Source of the DNA: a virus
IMG/VR virus record: IMGVR_UViG_3300020414_000003
Length of the DNA: 36,619 bases
Direction: 5' to 3' (one strand)
Below are positions 32,972-36,619 of the stretch, piece after piece. The stretch's first letter is position 1; the number at the start of each line of letters is the position of its first letter. Below the pieces are notes generated by a model that had not been told where the DNA came from, made no database searches, and saw only the letters and a list, made by a program, of their open reading frames with translations. The position numbers and the translations under genes were made by a program.

Positions 32972-33432
32972 TATTTTGCCTTTGCTGACATATCATTAAG
33001 TGGATTGTTCAATGCCTTATCAATGTTTAAGTTAAGGTTATCTTCAATAATTTTAATCTCATCAAATATTTCTCTAATATCTTCTTTTTGTCTATCTTCT
33101 ACATCATTAACGATTTCTGTAATATGTCGTATGTCATTACCCATTTGTCGTAAATCTGTTTTCATATCGTTCTTAAGGTCTTTAGCGACATCAGCAACTA
33201 AGGTAATCTCATCAAGAATCATATCAAGTTCTGATTTTATAACTGCGATTTGTTCGTCATAAGAAGATAGATCAGGTGCTGTGTATTCTTCTATCTTGGC
33301 TTTCATATCCAAGTAGTCATCGTAAAACTTATAACCAGTCCAACCACCACCAATAATTGCACCTATGAGGGATAAAATAAGAAAAAACTTACCACCAGTA
33401 AACTTCATTCCTTGATACTCAATACTGGGCAT
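32971..33432 (-). CDS. Type-II membrane coiled-coil protein (153 aa)
   Basis: N-terminal TM FFLILSLIGAIIGGGW followed by ~110 aa of acidic coiled coil. GGAGGA lies 8 nt upstream of the ATG, which is inside the end of the upstream gene. Confidence 0.7.
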   Translation of the reverse strand: MPSIEYQGMKFTGGKFFLILSLIGAIIGGGWTGYKFYDDYLDMKAKIEEYTAPDLSSYDEQIAVIKSELDMILDEITLVADVAKDLKNDMKTDLRQMGNDIRHITEIVNDVEDRQKEDIREIFDEIKIIEDNLNLNIDKALNNPLNDMSAKAK

Positions 33433-34600
33433 TAATCATATCCTCCATCATTTCATTTTGTGCTGACTCAAATAAGATTCCGTAGCTATCGTTTATTTGC
33501 ATCATGCTATAATCAGATATATCCATATCTGTCAGTGTTACTTGTTGGTATTTATTAAATCCGTCTGTGTCTGCTAGTTGTGCCATGACAGCTAGTTTAA
33601 CATTATTTAAAACTATTTGATTACCTTGATCTACAACCCTAGCAATAATTTTTTGAGCAACTTCTTCTTTTGATTTCGGTTGTACTGTTTCTTGCTGTTC
33701 TTCTTCCTCTGTCTCCACAGTGGGTTCATCAACATCTTCGCTATTGGGTTCGACTTCAACTTCAAGTTCTTCTGCCATTTCTGTCATATCAACTTCGACA
33801 ACTTCCATGTCAGTTTGGATTTCTTCTATAGGCTCAAAATCTTCCATACTTGGAGTTTCGATTTCTATATCCACCATTTCAGGTTCGACCATATCAAACT
33901 CGATTAAGGCTACCTCACCTTGTGGATCTTGTATTTCTATTTCAAAACTAATATCTTCGTAAACTTCATAACCAGCATCGATTACTTCCATCTCAATCTG
34001 ATCGAGAACTTGATCTATCACAATCTCAATAATTTCGTATGTGGTTGTAAAATAATAATCAGAGAAACCGACTCCGTAATAGCCTGTATTGAACCCTCGA
34101 TCAATACCATACAACTCTAGTTCTGCTGTGTTAAAGACTAGGCTTGATACATCTTGCTGATAGTCAAAGTCTTGTTTACCTACCCATGAGATATCAGTGT
34201 AGTTGTGTGTATATTGTTTGGTTAAAACTCCATCATTATAGAGATTGACTGAGATTTTAAATTCATCTTTACAATCTCTTGTTGTGTTAGCACAAGTAGG
34301 AACTGATTGATTTGATATATGGCTATAGACAGAGCTTCCATACTCGATGACATCAATATTGTCATATTCGGATAAATCGATGTCAAAAGTTTTAGAACCT
34401 CCTCCTTGAGATTGATTGCCTGTAGTAAACTCAGCACCAGTCATACCATAGGCATTGTTTGATGTGGCTACATCATTGATGTTTTGGTCTGTGCTATCAC
34501 CTAATAAATTTTCTGTCGTTACTATTTCTGATTTAGAATAAGAAGAAGCCAGTAGAAATAGCGAGAAGTATACCACCACCCACGAGATATTTTTTAACAT
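33419..34600 (-). CDS. Secreted or anchored protein with a 120-residue hyperacidic segment (393 aa)
   Basis: AAGGAG lies 5 nt upstream of ATG 34600. It has an N-terminal signal-like WVVVYFSLFLLASS and a Cys-containing beta-rich domain. Residues 189-308 hold 46 D/E and no K/R/H (hand count). Confidence 0.75.
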   Translation of the reverse strand: MLKNISWVVVYFSLFLLASSYSKSEIVTTENLLGDSTDQNINDVATSNNAYGMTGAEFTTGNQSQGGGSKTFDIDLSEYDNIDVIEYGSSVYSHISNQSVPTCANTTRDCKDEFKISVNLYNDGVLTKQYTHNYTDISWVGKQDFDYQQDVSSLVFNTAELELYGIDRGFNTGYYGVGFSDYYFTTTYEIIEIVIDQVLDQIEMEVIDAGYEVYEDISFEIEIQDPQGEVALIEFDMVEPEMVDIEIETPSMEDFEPIEEIQTDMEVVEVDMTEMAEELEVEVEPNSEDVDEPTVETEEEEQQETVQPKSKEEVAQKIIARVVDQGNQIVLNNVKLAVMAQLADTDGFNKYQQVTLTDMDISDYSMMQINDSYGILFESAQNEMMEDMINAQY

Positions 34601-35069
34601 TTGACTCCTTTTGATAATCAGGTCTTTCTGTAGGGTGACTATCCCAACCAGCTTGTGCTACCTCACCTATTGTTCCAAAGTAAGGACAGGGTGTACCAGC
34701 CATTTCCATCGCTTGAAAGACACGAGGATCTTGACAAAGTACCGATACACCAGCAACTTTCATTCCCATACCATACAAGGCACGAGATAATTTTAATCGT
34801 TCACAAGTAATGTCATTAACAGTTGAGCCTTTGGCAAAACCAAATATTTGTGTCTGCAAAGCTACCGATCCACCTGAGGTACATACATCTTGGTTATTGA
34901 CGATGACACTAGGTGCTGATGCTGTACTAGGGGATTTATCAACTGTCGTTGTACCTGATACTGTAGAACTTACAGTATTTGTTTCACTATGAGCAGATGT
35001 GCAAAACAGCATGGTAAAAAGAAACACCACTGCTAAAGATGTAATAAAGGTAAGGTTATCTCTAGCCAT
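34533..35069 (-). CDS. Signal-peptide protein with 4-Cys domain and C-terminal TM anchor (178 aa)
   Basis: SLAVVFLFTMLFCTSAHS then ETN, followed by an S/T-rich linker and Cys63/89/112/128. The C-terminus is YLVGGGILLAISTGFFLF. Confidence 0.7.
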   Translation of the reverse strand: MARDNLTFITSLAVVFLFTMLFCTSAHSETNTVSSTVSGTTTVDKSPSTASAPSVIVNNQDVCTSGGSVALQTQIFGFAKGSTVNDITCERLKLSRALYGMGMKVAGVSVLCQDPRVFQAMEMAGTPCPYFGTIGEVAQAGWDSHPTERPDYQKESNVKKYLVGGGILLAISTGFFLF

Positions 35070-35084
35070 CTGCTTTAGTGATTA

Positions 35085-35426
35085 TTAAGACTTTGGATAT
35101 TTGTCTTTTGTAGCTTTAATAGTTGATTTCCAACCATCAATGCCATTGTGATATATGTCATCTAGCTGATCTGCTATTGATGGATATTCACTTGCTCTTT
35201 TTCTCTGATACTCATTGTTGTCGTAAGCAGTTTGTAACTCAGCTTTCTTTGCTGATACTTGACTCCATGTAAATAACTGATCTCCAAAGATTGCAGTTCC
35301 ATTTGAATCTGCTCCAGTTACATATTTTACATTAGCCTTGTACTCAGCTTCGTTGCTAGGTTCTCCTGATACAACAAACTCTGCATCATCTTTTAGAGCT
35401 TTGATTGCAGTTGCTATGTCTGTCAT
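35085..35426 (-). CDS. Small fibre-locus protein (113 aa), possible fibre accessory
   Basis: YQRKRASEYPSIADQLDDIYHNGIDGWKSTIKATKDKYPK is a motif I recall from small ORFs beside fibres in marine phages (function unknown). Confidence 0.55.
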   Translation of the reverse strand: MTDIATAIKALKDDAEFVVSGEPSNEAEYKANVKYVTGADSNGTAIFGDQLFTWSQVSAKKAELQTAYDNNEYQRKRASEYPSIADQLDDIYHNGIDGWKSTIKATKDKYPKS

Positions 35427-35445
35427 TTTACTTTCCTTTCTTTAG

Positions 35446-35985
35446 TTATGAACTAATCTCCATAATTTGGAACAAACCACCATTAACACCCATTGATGTA
35501 CCACTTGTTCCTGCCCATTGATATTTATTAAATTGTGGGGTGTATGTGATAGCAGAAGCTGTTGATGGACTATCAAGCCAAGTTACACTTAACATTGGGT
35601 TTAAATAATTTATACCTAATGTATTACTTCTATTATCGTAATTATATCTTCTATTCATAGCACCACTATCTGTTGCGTTAATTATTGCTGATTGTGTTGC
35701 TCCACCAGATATAACTCTTTTGAAATCAATAGAAACATTTAATGCTTGTGAAACTCCAGCTAAATTACTTCCATGTGTATTATAAGATAACCAAAATTTA
35801 GAAGATGAACTTGCTGGTGTTAGTGTTATAGCCAAAGCAGTTACATCTATGTAAGAATTATCTGTTGAACTATCAATTTGTGTTGAACTATAATCTTGAT
35901 AAACAGCTAATATTTTACCACCAACACCACTAGGTAAAGCAGTAATAGAGGTAATCGAGTTATTGTTTAGTCTTGTGATAGCCAT
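35446..35985 (-). CDS. Fibre-tip / receptor-binding paralogue P1 (179 aa)
   Basis: Motifs ALPSGVGGKILAVY, ITLTPASSSSKFWL, WLDSPSTASAITY and C-terminal LFQIMEISS. The motif order matches 449-910 and the junction-spanning ORF. Confidence 0.8.
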   Translation of the reverse strand: MAITRLNNNSITSITALPSGVGGKILAVYQDYSSTQIDSSTDNSYIDVTALAITLTPASSSSKFWLSYNTHGSNLAGVSQALNVSIDFKRVISGGATQSAIINATDSGAMNRRYNYDNRSNTLGINYLNPMLSVTWLDSPSTASAITYTPQFNKYQWAGTSGTSMGVNGGLFQIMEISS

Positions 35986-36518
35986 TATGTATCTCCTAAT
36001 CTCATAAAGAAAAAGTTTGTAGTTTTAGCTCCACCTTCAATTGTTAAAGTTCCACCCCAACTAGCAATTACAAACTTAATTTGACATTGAGAGGTGTCTG
36101 TAACATCAAAATAAGAAATAGTGGTGCTTGTATTATTTTTTGATGCAGTTCCCTCTCTAACTCTTGACATGGCAGTAGCAGTAAAATTGCTACCACCATC
36201 TGTTGATTGATCGTGAATAAAAGAAAAATCTTGACCAGAACTATTACTTAAACAAGTAATATTGGAAATAATTTGATATATTCCAGTTGTAGGAAAGCTA
36301 AACACACCAGAACTTTCTGTCATAGCACCACCAATAGGGTTTTGTTTACTAGCTAAATTACTAGCAATAGTGTGAGGTTCTGAACTTGTTGAAATACTAC
36401 TTGTCAATTCCCAAGAATGAGCCATTGTTATATTAACACCACCAATACCTAAACCACTAGCTGTAGCAGATCCCCCTGATGATGTCTGAATACTATCTAC
36501 TCTTAAAATTGAACTCAT
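35985..36518 (-). CDS. Fibre-tip protein P2 with shared N-terminal anchor and C1q/TNF-like-looking head (177 aa)
   Basis: The true ATG at 36518-36516 is ATGA-coupled and preceded by GGAGGT. The N-terminus MSSILRVDSIQTSSG resembles P3/P4. SGVFSFPTTGIYQIISNI resembles the C1q-type strand motif. Confidence 0.8.
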   Translation of the reverse strand: MSSILRVDSIQTSSGGSATASGLGIGGVNITMAHSWELTSSISTSSEPHTIASNLASKQNPIGGAMTESSGVFSFPTTGIYQIISNITCLSNSSGQDFSFIHDQSTDGGSNFTATAMSRVREGTASKNNTSTTISYFDVTDTSQCQIKFVIASWGGTLTIEGGAKTTNFFFMRLGDT

Positions 36519-36619
36519 ACTAGTACCTCCATTAATGTGATCGAACATGGGTTGAAACCAAAGAAAGTAGTTTCATTTGTATTATTTACAGACCTAAAAA
36601 ATATTTTATAGCTTACAGA
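36515..36619 (-). CDS. 3' end of the junction-spanning fibre-tip gene P3 (36543-36619 duplicates 1-77)
   Basis: In-frame continuation ..FGFNPCS ITLMEVLV then TGA at 36517-36515. Confidence 0.85.
   Translation of the reverse strand, partial: SVSYKIFFRSVNNTNETTFFGFNPCSITLMEVLV
36543..36619. repeat. Terminal direct repeat copy 2 (identical to 1-77)
   Basis: Same 77-mer as the window start: gaacatgggttgaaacc...gcttacaga. Confidence 0.95.

Noticed and set aside
33740-33900. tRNA-like GGTTCGA strings (near 33745 and 33885)
   Set aside because: They lie inside the acidic-protein coding region with no cloverleaf arms around them. I found no tRNA, rRNA or tmRNA candidates in the non-coding regions.
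33005-34437. Plus-strand ORFs 33005-33262, 33680-33907, 33720-33962 and 33920-34120, and minus-strand 34222-34437
   Set aside because: They are antisense or off-frame to the coiled-coil and hyperacidic genes. Their S/I/F low complexity mirrors the GAA/GAT-rich sense strand.
35446-36619. Diversity-generating retroelement or CRISPR-like explanation for the repeated fibre cassettes
   Set aside because: There is no reverse transcriptase gene, no template/variable repeat pair with adenine-specific differences and no short regular direct repeats. The paralogues differ throughout, including at synonymous sites.

Overview
This window is a complete, circularly closed genome of an AT-rich tailed phage with podovirus-type gene order. 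The first 77 nt recur exactly at the end (1-77 = 36543-36619). The unique length is therefore 36,542 bp, and one fibre-like gene runs across the artificial junction. The layout has three parts. (i) A ~28.5 kb uninterrupted minus-strand train of ~46 ORFs starts at 20555, wraps through coordinate 1 and ends at 28548. In transcription order it holds two small ORFs, TerL, portal, scaffold, HK97-type capsid, adaptor- and nozzle-like proteins, and three ejection proteins with Gly-zipper segments. These are followed by a multi-cassette tail-fibre locus, a three-gene envelope-targeted module, a displaced TerS-like HTH gene and a spanin-like pair. The train ends with a metallophosphoesterase, DUF3310, GH24 lysozyme, a holin-like protein and several small, very basic proteins. 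(ii) Two plus-strand early operons (21104-23576 and ~26022-28573) consist of tightly ATGA-coupled small genes. They include a ParB-like protein, a PD-(D/E)XK nuclease, an HNH-like protein and HTH proteins. (iii) Between them lies a minus-strand regulation/replication island (23616-25943) with a LexA-type wHTH and a DUF1376 initiator-like gene. By eye I recognised no tRNA, rRNA, CRISPR array, integrase, transposase, DNA or RNA polymerase, primase or helicase. The best candidates for something undescribed are the following:
- the signal-peptide/TM three-gene module at 32971-35069, which includes a secreted protein with a 120-residue hyperacidic segment and a 68-nt dual-coding overlap;
- the tandem receptor-binding-tip cassette array spanning the junction;
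- the repressor/initiator/ParB-like set with no integrase;
- a conserved small-protein gene split at an A-run (29041-29044);
- several long out-of-frame gene overlaps.
All family assignments come from motif recognition by eye and need HMM or structure searches.
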